Assembly (NCBI GenBank): GCA_964453135.1
Contig: CAYVOL010000003.1
Coordinates: forward strand, 33,976 to 97,975
Length of the DNA stretch: 64,000 nt
Source of the DNA: an uncultured Candidatus Saccharibacteria bacterium
GTDB lineage: Bacteria; Patescibacteriota; Minisyncoccia; UBA6257; UBA9933
Direction: 5' to 3'
Shown here one piece after another: positions 10,690 through 19,552 of the stretch. A program made the position numbers and the translations under genes. The notes beneath the pieces were generated by a model. It was not told the origin of the DNA. It did not search any database and worked only from the letters and a program-made list of their open reading frames with translations. Within the stretch, counting starts at the first letter, position 1. Each line of letters opens with the position of its first letter.

Positions 10690-11250
10690 ATGAAAAAAAA
10701 TCTACAACCCAAAGCTCAAAGCTCAAAGCTCAAAGCTAGTCCGAGAGGTTTTTCCATAGTGGAACTTATAATGGCCACGGCTTTGTTTGTTATTATTCTT
10801 TCTATTATAGTCAGCATTTATTTGCGTTCTTTAGAGACGCAAAAAGCCACCCTCCATCTGATAGGAGCCAATGACAATCTGGTTTTAGCAGTGGAAGAAA
10901 TAGCGCGCGACATAAGGAACGGCACGGATTTTAACGAAGGCGACCCGAATTGTTCCAATAACGGCTTTGGCTCGGGATTGGAGTTTACTATTTATACGGG
11001 AGAAAAATTCTGTTATCGTTTTAACGGCTCCGACGCAATTGAAAAAGGAGTTTTTAATACATCAACCGGCAACTTCGATTTTCTAAAAATTACTTCCGAC
11101 GATATTCAAATCAGCGATTTCAAGATACAGAAGATTTCAGGGTTTTCCGTGCCGCGGGTCGTTGTTTTTTTCGCCGTGTCGTCCAAGAACGGCGTTTTGC
11201 GGGGAGTAAAGACTTACATTCAAACCACAGTCAGCGCGAGAAACATCTAA
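10690..11250 (+). CDS. Minor pilin (PilW-like)
   Basis: RG|FSIVELIMATALFVII, EEIARDIRNG and C-terminal QTTVSARN. Confidence 0.85.
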   Translation: MKKNLQPKAQSSKLKASPRGFSIVELIMATALFVIILSIIVSIYLRSLETQKATLHLIGANDNLVLAVEEIARDIRNGTDFNEGDPNCSNNGFGSGLEFTIYTGEKFCYRFNGSDAIEKGVFNTSTGNFDFLKITSDDIQISDFKIQKISGFSVPRVVVFFAVSSKNGVLRGVKTYIQTTVSARNI

Positions 11251-11266
11251 TCTTTTAACTTGTAGC

Positions 11267-11776
11267 ATGAAACGTGAAACGCAAAAAAATCTCTTACAAG
11301 GTTACACGCGTTATTTACATGCCATGTGCTATATGACTAATTATTTACTGCAAAACCTAATAAAACGTTATACGTTATATGTTATACGTTATACGGACAA
11401 GAGGGGGCAGTTGATGATTTTAACGGTTTTGCTTTTGGGCGGGGTTATTATCGGCGTTACTTCCGTGGTAAGTTCATTGATTGTGTATAAAGTCCGTCAG
11501 GCAACCGACGTGGCTGATTCGGCCAAGGCCATTTTCTCCGCGGACGCTGGCCGGGAATTTGAGCTTTATCGCGCCAAAACGGGGTTAGGCGTGCCTTGCC
11601 CTTCTTTCTCCAACGGAGCGAGTTTTCATACCGAGGTAACATACGATGATTCTTCCGGCTTGCTCACTCTTTTTTCCAAAGGAAGCGGAATTAACAACAA
11701 CCGCATTTGGCACGAATTTTTCGCCTCTTCCACTATCGCCACTTCCAGCTATCCCATTAATAAAGATTGCCAATAA
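11267..11776 (+). CDS. Minor pilin (PilX-like); N-terminal leader encoded by repeats, true start uncertain
   Basis: RG|QLMILTVLLLGG lacking E5, followed by SAKAIFSADAGREFELY, the PilX-like pattern. Confidence 0.78.
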   Translation: MKRETQKNLLQGYTRYLHAMCYMTNYLLQNLIKRYTLYVIRYTDKRGQLMILTVLLLGGVIIGVTSVVSSLIVYKVRQATDVADSAKAIFSADAGREFELYRAKTGLGVPCPSFSNGASFHTEVTYDDSSGLLTLFSKGSGINNNRIWHEFFASSTIATSSYPINKDCQ

Positions 11777-12185
11777 AAGTTATCCCCATCCCTTCGTTGA
11801 CAGGAGTTGAGTGAATGATAAAATTAGTAATAATCACAAAACATGAAACGTAAATCTTGAAACTGGAGACAAACAATTGAGACAAGCTCCGAGTTTCAGG
11901 GTTCAAGTTTTATGTTTTAAGATTTTCTCCTATGTTCAAATCTCCTCTTTTCTATATTAATTTAGTTCTTTTAGTAATGATTGTCAGTTTGGCATTGAGC
12001 GTTAATGTCAGCAATTCCCATCTTCCCAATTTTCTCAAAAAAGCCATTGCCCAGGTGCAGTCAATAACCGGCAGCGGCACCACCAACTATCTGGCTGTTT
12101 TCGGACAAACTTCCCCTTCCTATACCATCGGCAATTCCATTATTTATGACAATGGAACTAATGTGGGCATTGGGACGACTAATCC
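11775..12185 (+). repeat. ~410-bp inverted repeat, copy A (promoter + 5' UTR + first ~85 codons)
   Basis: Reverse complement of 20888..21301. The promoter block is identical and the coding part differs mostly at synonymous sites (about 90-95% identity by eye). Confidence 0.95.
11780..11824 (+). promoter_or_regulatory. Sigma70 promoter with upstream DnaA-box-like motif
   Basis: TTATCCCCA (11780-88), TTGACA (11797-802), a 16-nt spacer, and extended -10 TG-A-TAAAAT (11816-24). Confidence 0.7.
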
Positions 12186-13023
12186 GCTTGTGGGATTGGA
12201 TATTGCCGGAGGACGAGGCATTCAACTATCAGACGGATCGGGCCATTATGTTTCTGCTGGTTTGAGCACTGTTACTCCCGGTTGGGCAGGTTTACATGTT
12301 GGCACCATTGCCGGACCTAATGTAGGCGGAACAGGAGGATTTTTTGCTTATGATTACAATACCAATACAGCAGTGATAGCAAGTACTTATGCTACCCGTA
12401 TTGCTTCTCGCCAAGGATTCATACAGTTCAATGCTTCTGATAACCCGTCCCAGGATCTTGGTCGGATGTGGATTATGGGAAACGGCAACGTCGGTATCAA
12501 TACCACCAGCCCTTCCCAGAGATTAGAAGTTGTTGGCAATGGCAAATTCGGAAGATTCTATGTTGTTGATACTCAATATGGCGGCGGTCCTTATGCTCCC
12601 GGCATCGGGACAGATGGAACCAACACCGGCGTTGCCGCAAATGGTGGAGGATTTTACGTCCTCAGTGGTCCTTCTGGCGCTTATGGCAATACTTATGGAA
12701 ATGATTATTGGATTAACTCTGTCGGCAAATGGGCGAGTCAGATGGGGGGAGGATTTGGCTCTTGGAGCGGCCCGTATAGTACGAACACCGCATATACTGC
12801 GGCGACTGACGGATTTGTTGTCGGATATACTTACGCAGGGGGCGATGTTTATTGCGGAGGTTATATTGACACTCCGTTGGGGGTTCGTCGTCAAGATGGC
12901 AGATCAAATCATGATGGCGCACAAGGGACCTATATGGTTCCGGTGCGAAAGGGAGATACCTGGCAGGTAACAGACACCGGTGGTTGCGGATGGACTATTT
13001 ATTGGTTGCCTGCTGGCAGTTGA
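11932..13023 (+). CDS. Exported tail-fibre/adhesin-like protein, copy A
   Basis: Signal/TM N-terminus, GSGTTNYLA module, two NVGI(G/N)TT fibre-type repeats, DYWINSVGKWASQ and a Gly/aromatic-rich C-terminal beta domain. Paralogue of 20128..21141. Confidence 0.75.
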   Translation: MFKSPLFYINLVLLVMIVSLALSVNVSNSHLPNFLKKAIAQVQSITGSGTTNYLAVFGQTSPSYTIGNSIIYDNGTNVGIGTTNPLVGLDIAGGRGIQLSDGSGHYVSAGLSTVTPGWAGLHVGTIAGPNVGGTGGFFAYDYNTNTAVIASTYATRIASRQGFIQFNASDNPSQDLGRMWIMGNGNVGINTTSPSQRLEVVGNGKFGRFYVVDTQYGGGPYAPGIGTDGTNTGVAANGGGFYVLSGPSGAYGNTYGNDYWINSVGKWASQMGGGFGSWSGPYSTNTAYTAATDGFVVGYTYAGGDVYCGGYIDTPLGVRRQDGRSNHDGAQGTYMVPVRKGDTWQVTDTGGCGWTIYWLPAGS

Positions 13024-13030
13024 TATAAAT

Positions 13031-13588
13031 ATGAATCATCGTTCTTATTATTATTTTAATCCAGTGGTAAAAATTGTTGTGGCGCTTTTGGTAATTATTT
13101 TGTCTTTTGGCTGGGGCAGTTATTTGGGCAAGCAAAACGAAGCGCGAAAAAATAAAGACAGCGTAGATGGCGCGGTAAGAGAAGCGATGGCGGAGATATT
13201 CGGCAAAGTGTCCGCCAATAATTTGCAAGGGAGAATAGTTTCTGTTTCGGCGGATAAAAAATCAATCGTCGTGGAAATCCCGAGCGTTTTCGGTTTTCCT
13301 CTGCCTAAAAGTTATCAAGACAAGATATTGACGCTTCCCGCTTCAGTGGAAATCATCATGGCCGAGCAGAAAACAGCGCAAGAGTTTGAAAAAGAACTAT
13401 CTTCTTCTAAAAAGAAATCGGGGAGTTTCGGTTTTGTTCCGCCGTCGCCGGTTGTCAATAAGGCGATTTCCGTTGACGAATTGAAAGCCGGAGATCAGAT
13501 AAGTTTTATTGTGGCGGATGCTGGAAAAAATATCCTGGATAATTTCTACGACGTAAATAAAATCGTCGTATCCTCGGCCCGTATTTAA
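13031..13588 (+). CDS. Membrane-anchored partner protein (OB-fold-like), copy A
   Basis: N-terminal TM, LQGRIVSV...SIVV and ISVDELKAGDQI motifs. Paralogue of 19553..20122. ORF track start 12980. Confidence 0.7.
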   Translation: MNHRSYYYFNPVVKIVVALLVIILSFGWGSYLGKQNEARKNKDSVDGAVREAMAEIFGKVSANNLQGRIVSVSADKKSIVVEIPSVFGFPLPKSYQDKILTLPASVEIIMAEQKTAQEFEKELSSSKKKSGSFGFVPPSPVVNKAISVDELKAGDQISFIVADAGKNILDNFYDVNKIVVSSARI

Positions 13589-13591
13589 ACA

Positions 13592-15388
13592 ATGAAAGTG
13601 AAAAATATGTTGTGCCATAAAAAGATATTATTATTGAAAAAACCGCTTTTCTGGAGCGGGCTGTTTTTTGCCGTAATGGCGGTGATGTTTGTTTCGAGCA
13701 TAGATTGGAAAAATACCGCCCAATCCCAGGTAGCCAACTCTGTTTTTGGAAGCGGAACGCCGCACTTTCTGGCCAAGTGGGTGGTGGCAACTAATACCCC
13801 GACTTTAAGAATAGATCCTGCTTCGGCTATAACTCTTGTCGGTTCCACCACGCAATTCCGCGCGTACTACGACCCGGACGGTCCGGGCGGTCCTTCGGCT
13901 GAACAAGACGTCACGGCATCTTCTGTCTGGTCATCGGATAATACTTCTGTTGCCACGGTCAACGGCTCCGGTTTGGCGACAAGCGTCTCTATGGGAACAG
14001 CCCAAATCAGCGCAACGTATTCCGGCTTAAGCGCCTCGGCTTCTTTGACGGTTACCGGGCCTGCCTTCAGGATTGCTCCTGCGTCAGCTACCACTCTTGT
14101 CGGTTCCACTACGCAATTTCGCGCTTACTACGATTCCGACGGATTATTATCCGGCCCCGAAATAGAAGTGACCGCTTCGTCCAACTGGTCTTCTAGCAGC
14201 TCTTCCGTTGCTGCAATAGACAGTTCCGGTTTAGCCACCAGCATTGCCATTGGCACGACCCAAATTGGCGCTTCTTATACTAATCCTTCCGGTGTGACAT
14301 TTACTTCCACCGCTGTTTTGAGAGTCGTTGCTTTTGAGGTCAGGCCACTCTCGGCATCGATTATCACTGGTGCCACTACGTCTTTTAATTCCTGGTTCTA
14401 TAACGGAGCCAGCTGGAGCAATGTTATTTCTAGTTGGTCATCGGCCAGCACCACTATTGCCACAATCAGTCCATCTTCGGGAAGAAGGACCGTTGCTACC
14501 GGTAAAAATAACGGCACAACCCAGATTAAAGCCAGATATAGCAGCGCGATAGGGTCTCTTAACGCAGCTGCTGATTTGACAGTTGGAGTCGCCGGTCCTG
14601 TTAATGGCGTTTGCGGTCCGGCTAACGGCGGAACTTACGCCACTACTCCGCCGGCGGGCGACTTATGTTCCAACGGCTCTGCTTCGTCGGTCTCCGGCAG
14701 CGGCACTCCCACTTGGACCTGGACTTGCAATGGCTCGGGCGGCGGGACCAACGCTTCTTGCTCGGCCACCAACAGCGGCATACCGGCAAATACGCCTCCC
14801 AGCGCATCAAGTTTGTCTATAAGCGTCGCTGCCGGCACGAGCGATAATTTAACCGCGGATTGCAAAATCAGAGATAGCGCTGTTTTCAACTGGAGCTTCT
14901 CCGACCCTGACTCCGGAGATTCTCAAAGCGCTTTTCAAATAAAAGTTTATTCTGACGGCGCGTTAACTAATTTAGCGCTGGATACAAACAAAATTACTTC
15001 TTCTGTTTCCTCTTATTCTACCTCAACTTTATCCGCGGGAACTTATTATTGGAAGATGATGGTGTGGGATAACCATAATGCCTCGTCTTCCTGGGTTATA
15101 GCCCCGTCTTCTTTCACTATCACAGAACAACAAGCGATTAACTTCACCTGGTCCCCCACAACTCCTATATTCAACAGCACGGTTACTTTTACTGCCAACA
15201 GCACTATTCCCATTGCTTCCTACTACTGGCAATTTATCAGCGGCAATCCGTCTGCAGTTTACGGCAATCCGGCAACCACTACTTTTTCCAGTATTGGTTC
15301 AAAGGCGATTACCTTGATTCCTACAACCTCAGGGGGGAAAACCTGTTCTATAAGCCGTAATGTTGTTGTGGGCGGAGGCGGAGAGTAA
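13592..15388 (+). CDS. Secreted/surface protein with Ig-like (Big_2) repeats, a Cys-rich module and FN3/PKD-like domains
   Basis: Three WSS..VATV...G.A..I.A.Y repeats, PVNGVCG...LCSNG...WTWTCNG...CSA, FNWSFSDPD...YYWKMMVWD and a C-terminal FTWSP...TVTFT...YYWQF segment. Confidence 0.8.
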   Translation: MKVKNMLCHKKILLLKKPLFWSGLFFAVMAVMFVSSIDWKNTAQSQVANSVFGSGTPHFLAKWVVATNTPTLRIDPASAITLVGSTTQFRAYYDPDGPGGPSAEQDVTASSVWSSDNTSVATVNGSGLATSVSMGTAQISATYSGLSASASLTVTGPAFRIAPASATTLVGSTTQFRAYYDSDGLLSGPEIEVTASSNWSSSSSSVAAIDSSGLATSIAIGTTQIGASYTNPSGVTFTSTAVLRVVAFEVRPLSASIITGATTSFNSWFYNGASWSNVISSWSSASTTIATISPSSGRRTVATGKNNGTTQIKARYSSAIGSLNAAADLTVGVAGPVNGVCGPANGGTYATTPPAGDLCSNGSASSVSGSGTPTWTWTCNGSGGGTNASCSATNSGIPANTPPSASSLSISVAAGTSDNLTADCKIRDSAVFNWSFSDPDSGDSQSAFQIKVYSDGALTNLALDTNKITSSVSSYSTSTLSAGTYYWKMMVWDNHNASSSWVIAPSSFTITEQQAINFTWSPTTPIFNSTVTFTANSTIPIASYYWQFISGNPSAVYGNPATTTFSSIGSKAITLIPTTSGGKTCSISRNVVVGGGGE

Positions 15389-15416
15389 TAAGTCCGGTGT
15401 AATTTGTGATGAAAAT

Positions 15417-15450
15417 AATAAACTCCCCCGCTAAAGCGGGGGAGTTTATT
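15417..15450. terminator. Intrinsic (possibly bidirectional) terminator hairpin
   Basis: AATAAACTCCCCCGC-TAAA-GCGGGGGAGTTTATT forms a 15-bp stem just after the Ig-protein stop codon. Confidence 0.8.
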
Positions 15451-15523
15451 TGGTGAGGAAAATGGGATAAAATTAGTTTTAAGCCAATTGTTTTTGTTAT
15501 TTAATATATTCAAGTGTTATTCA

Positions 15524-18079
15524 ATGATTTACAACCATCAGAAAATTGAAAAGAAGTGGCAAGCGTTTTGGGAGAAGAGCGGAATTTATAGAATTAAGAA
15601 AAACAGAAATAAAAAGAAATTTTATGTTCTGGATATGTTTCCTTATCCGTCCGGCGATGGGCTCCATGTGGGGCATCCCCGCGGCTACATTGCCACTGAT
15701 GTGGCGGCGCGTTTTAAAACAATGAAGGGGTATGAGGTTTTACATCCTATGGGCTGGGACGCTTTCGGGCTTCCGGCCGAAAATTTCGCCTTAAAAAACA
15801 AAATTCATCCGCGATTGGCTGTTGCTAAAAATATCAAAAGGTTTAAAAATCAGCTTAAAATGTTCGGTTTTACTTATGACTGGAGCCGCGAGATAAACAC
15901 CACGGATGAAAAATATTATAAATGGACGCAATGGATTTTTCTTCAAATGTTTCACGCCGGTTTGGCTTACGAATCTTTTGAGCCGATTAATTGGTGTCCT
16001 TCGTGCAAGACCGGTTTGGCCAATGAAGACTTGGAAGACGGACGCTGTGAGCGTTGCGGCAGTATTGTGGAAAAAAAGCCGTTAAGGCAATGGGTTTTGA
16101 AAATGACCGCTTACGCCGAACGCCTGCTTAAAGATTTGAAATTTCTTGATTGGCCACTTTCTATTGTTGAGCAGCAGAAAAACTGGATAGGAAAATCGGA
16201 GGGAGCGCTCGTAGAATTCAAGATTCAAGATTCAAGATTCAAGATTGATGTATTTACCACGCGGGTTGATACGATTTTCGGATGCACTTATGTGGTGGTG
16301 GCGCCGGAACACGAGGTTATTAAGAATTTAACATTTAGAATTAAGAATTTCGGGGAAGTAGAGAGATATATTGGGGAAGCGAAGAAAAAATCTGATTTGC
16401 AGAGAACTGATTTGGCCAAAGAAAAAACCGGAGTTGAATTGAAGGGCGTGGAAGCGATTAATCCGTTTAACGGCGAAGCGGTGCCTGTTTTTGTCGCGGA
16501 TTACGTTTTGGCGGATTATGGAACCGGCGCGGTAATGGCAGTACCGGCGCATGACAAACGTGATTACGATTTTGCTCTAAAATACGGTTTATCAATTAAA
16601 CGGGTAATTGTTTCAAATAATACACAAGTTCAGAATGATAATTCCAAATCACAAAATTTAAAACAAGCTTTTGAAGATGACGGGATTTTGGTTGATTCGG
16701 GAGATTTCACCGGTTTGATTTCGGCTAGGGCGCGGCAAGAAATGGCAAAGTGGCTGAAAAAAAATAAATTGGGGGAAGAAAAGACAAATTATAAAATGCG
16801 CGATTGGGTTTTCAGCCGCCAAAGATATTGGGGAGAGCCTATTCCGCTAATTTTTTGTCCAGCGTGCAAAGAATCAATCCAAGATCCAAGATCCAAGATC
16901 CAAGATTCAAGATTCAGTCAGGGCGAATTGTTAAACCCCGGCTGGATAGGGGTGGAAGAAAAAAATTTACCCGTAAAACTGCCGGAGGTGAAATCTTATG
17001 AGCCATCCGGCACGGGCGAATCTCCTTTGGTAAATATTAAAAAATGGGTGAATGTGAAATGTCCTAAATGTGGCGGAAAAGCCAAACGGGAAACCAATAC
17101 TATGCCGCAGTGGGCCGGTTCCTGCTGGTATTATTTGCGTTTCATTGATCCGAGAAATAATAAGGCATTGGTTGATAAAAAAAAGGAAAAAGAATGGATG
17201 CCGGTTGATTTATACGTGGGCGGGGTGGAACACGCCACCCGCCATTTGCTCTATGCCCGTTTTTGGCACAAATTTTTATACGATATCGGAGCGGTTTCCG
17301 CCAAAGAACCTTTCAAAAAGCTCGTCAATCAAGGGTTGATTTTGGCGGCTGACGGCCGCAAGATGTCCAAACGATGGGGAAATGTGATAAATCCGGACGA
17401 TATGATTGAGCAATTCGGCGCGGACTCTTTGCGTTTGTACGAAATGTTTTTAGGTCCTTTTGCGCAGCATATTGCCTGGAATATGGACGGGATAAGGGGA
17501 ATGAAAAGATTTTTGGACAGAATTTATAAAACAATATCAAAACCTAAAAGTCAAAGCCCGAAACTCAAAGTTAAAAATCAAAAATTAGAGAGATTACTGC
17601 ATCAAACTATTAAAAAAGTGACGGAAGATATCGAAGGTTTTAGGTTTAACACGGCGATTTCTTCTTTAATGATTTTATTTAACGAAATGGAACGAGAAAA
17701 CAGCGGATTAGAAATAAAACATTGCGAGTTATTTCTAAAATTACTGGCGCCGTTTGCTCCGCATATCGCAGAGGAAATATGGCAAAATTTGCGACGCAAT
17801 AATAGCGGTAAAAACGCGCGCCGCACCGTTTTCCAAAGCATTCATTCAGAGTTATGGCCCGGATATAACAAGAAATTGATTGAAGAAGAATTATTTGAAC
17901 TGGTGGTGCAAATTAATGGTAAAGTAAAAGACAAAGTTAAAGCCCATGCCGGTATTTCCCAAAAAGAAGCGGAGGAAATGGTTTTTGCTTTGCCTAAAAT
18001 CAGAGAGCTGTTAAAAGGAAAATCCGCGCGGAAAATTATTTTTGTTCCCGGAAGGTTGATCAATCTCGTTATCGCGTAA
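15524..18079 (+). CDS. leuS: Leucine--tRNA ligase
   Basis: MFPYPSG, HVGH (HIGH), GWDAFGLPAEN, editing domain GTGAVMAVPAHD and KMSKR. ATG 15524 preferred to the TTG at 15488. Confidence 0.98.
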   Translation: MIYNHQKIEKKWQAFWEKSGIYRIKKNRNKKKFYVLDMFPYPSGDGLHVGHPRGYIATDVAARFKTMKGYEVLHPMGWDAFGLPAENFALKNKIHPRLAVAKNIKRFKNQLKMFGFTYDWSREINTTDEKYYKWTQWIFLQMFHAGLAYESFEPINWCPSCKTGLANEDLEDGRCERCGSIVEKKPLRQWVLKMTAYAERLLKDLKFLDWPLSIVEQQKNWIGKSEGALVEFKIQDSRFKIDVFTTRVDTIFGCTYVVVAPEHEVIKNLTFRIKNFGEVERYIGEAKKKSDLQRTDLAKEKTGVELKGVEAINPFNGEAVPVFVADYVLADYGTGAVMAVPAHDKRDYDFALKYGLSIKRVIVSNNTQVQNDNSKSQNLKQAFEDDGILVDSGDFTGLISARARQEMAKWLKKNKLGEEKTNYKMRDWVFSRQRYWGEPIPLIFCPACKESIQDPRSKIQDSRFSQGELLNPGWIGVEEKNLPVKLPEVKSYEPSGTGESPLVNIKKWVNVKCPKCGGKAKRETNTMPQWAGSCWYYLRFIDPRNNKALVDKKKEKEWMPVDLYVGGVEHATRHLLYARFWHKFLYDIGAVSAKEPFKKLVNQGLILAADGRKMSKRWGNVINPDDMIEQFGADSLRLYEMFLGPFAQHIAWNMDGIRGMKRFLDRIYKTISKPKSQSPKLKVKNQKLERLLHQTIKKVTEDIEGFRFNTAISSLMILFNEMERENSGLEIKHCELFLKLLAPFAPHIAEEIWQNLRRNNSGKNARRTVFQSIHSELWPGYNKKLIEEELFELVVQINGKVKDKVKAHAGISQKEAEEMVFALPKIRELLKGKSARKIIFVPGRLINLVIA
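16216..16246 (+). repeat. In-frame heptamer tandem repeat (ATTCAAG)4 in leuS
   Basis: attcaag x4 + att, encoding FKIQDSRFKI. Confidence 0.9.
16877..16916 (+). repeat. In-frame heptamer tandem repeat (ATYCAAG)5.7 in leuS
   Basis: atccaag x4, attcaag, attca, encoding IQDPRSKIQDSRF. Confidence 0.9.
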
Positions 18080-18084
18080 TTCGC

Positions 18085-19536
18085 ATGAAATTCTACGACA
18101 CTATTTCAAAAAAGAATAAGTTGTTCAAACCAGGAAATTCGCCACGGGTTTCTTTGTACAGTTGCGGGCCTACGGTTTATAACTTTGTTCATCTGGGAAA
18201 TTTGCGCGCCTATGTTTTTGTTGACTTGCTTAAACGTTATCTGCGGTATCGCGGTTATTCGGTTAAGCATGTGATGAACATCACTGATGTGGACGATAAA
18301 ACTATTGCTGGCAGCAGGGAAGACAAAAAAAATTTAAAAGAATTTACCGATTTTTATCTCAAGGCATTTTTGAATGATTTGAAGGATTTAAATATCCAAA
18401 TGCCCGATGTTTTGCCCCGGGCCACCGACTACGTTGATGATATGGCGAAAATAATTAAGCGGTTAATCAAAAAAGATTTTGCTTACAAAACAAAAGACGG
18501 CTCGGTTTATTTTCGCATTGCCAAGTTTAAAAACTACGGCCGGTTGGCTGATTTGAAGAGCCGCATGAGGAAACAGACAGGGGAACATTCTAATTTAGTT
18601 GATAATTATAACAAGGAAGACGCTTTTGATTTTGCCTTGTGGAAGGCTTGGCGTCCGCAAGACGGAAAAGTTTTTTGGGAAACGGAATTGGGCAAGGGCC
18701 GTCCGGGCTGGCACATTGAATGTTCTGCTATGGCGATGAAATTATTGGGGAGCACGATTGATATTCATTGTGGAGGCGTGGATTTGATTTTTCCGCATCA
18801 CACCAACGAAATAGCCCAGTCGGAAGCGGCCACGGGTAAAAAATTCGTCCGCTATTTCCTGCACAACGAGCATTTATTGGTAGAAGGAGAAAAAATGTCC
18901 AAGTCGCTGGGAAATTTTTATACTTTGGCGGATATATTAAAAAAGGGATACCACCCTTTATTTTTGCGTTTGATTTTGCTGAAAACCCATTATCGGCAAA
19001 CTCTAAATTTCAGTTTTAAGGAATTTGAGGAGGCGGAAAATATATTGGCAAAAATTGACGATTTTATGTCGGAATTGGATTTTATTATTAAGAATCACGG
19101 GAGAGGGGCAATGGCGCAGACAAAGCAACGACTGACAAACATTGAGAAATTAATCGGAGATTGCCGCAGGAAATTTAAACAATCTTTGGATAGCGACTTG
19201 AATGTCAGTGAGGCCTTGGCCGTTTTTTTTGAATTTATTAACGCCGCCAATAAGGCTCTTTCGTTTTTGGATAGCCGAGAAGCGATAGAGATAAAAAGAT
19301 TTATTTTTGAGATTGACTCCGTGTTGGGGTTGATAGAAAAATTTTACGCAGAGAATAAAGAGAAATTAAAAGAGAGATTAAAAAATCCGGAATTAAAAAA
19401 ACTGCTTAAAGAAAGGGAATTGGCCAGAAAAAATAGAGATTATCCGCTGGCAGATGGCTTAAGAAGAAAAATTTTAGATTACGGAGTGATAGTGCGCGAT
19501 AAAACTGACGGATACTTACTGAAAATTAAAATTTAA
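18085..19536 (+). CDS. cysS: Cysteine--tRNA ligase
   Basis: CGPTVY, HLGN, NITDVDDK, DFALWK, GRPGWHIECSAM, HCGGVDLIFPHH and KMSKSLGN. Confidence 0.98.
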   Translation: MKFYDTISKKNKLFKPGNSPRVSLYSCGPTVYNFVHLGNLRAYVFVDLLKRYLRYRGYSVKHVMNITDVDDKTIAGSREDKKNLKEFTDFYLKAFLNDLKDLNIQMPDVLPRATDYVDDMAKIIKRLIKKDFAYKTKDGSVYFRIAKFKNYGRLADLKSRMRKQTGEHSNLVDNYNKEDAFDFALWKAWRPQDGKVFWETELGKGRPGWHIECSAMAMKLLGSTIDIHCGGVDLIFPHHTNEIAQSEAATGKKFVRYFLHNEHLLVEGEKMSKSLGNFYTLADILKKGYHPLFLRLILLKTHYRQTLNFSFKEFEEAENILAKIDDFMSELDFIIKNHGRGAMAQTKQRLTNIEKLIGDCRRKFKQSLDSDLNVSEALAVFFEFINAANKALSFLDSREAIEIKRFIFEIDSVLGLIEKFYAENKEKLKERLKNPELKKLLKERELARKNRDYPLADGLRRKILDYGVIVRDKTDGYLLKIKI

Positions 19537-19552
19537 ATACCCGTCACCCCGA

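Noticed and set aside
15488-15523. N-terminal extensions from the ORF track (leuS, mutM, lepB, rpsU, 10043, 12980, 20164, 21162, 36192, 39792, 49178)
   Set aside because: Downstream ATGs fit family N-termini, paralogue alignment or promoter spacing better (e.g. Fpg must start M-P-E-L; the extension of copy B is frameshifted in copy A).
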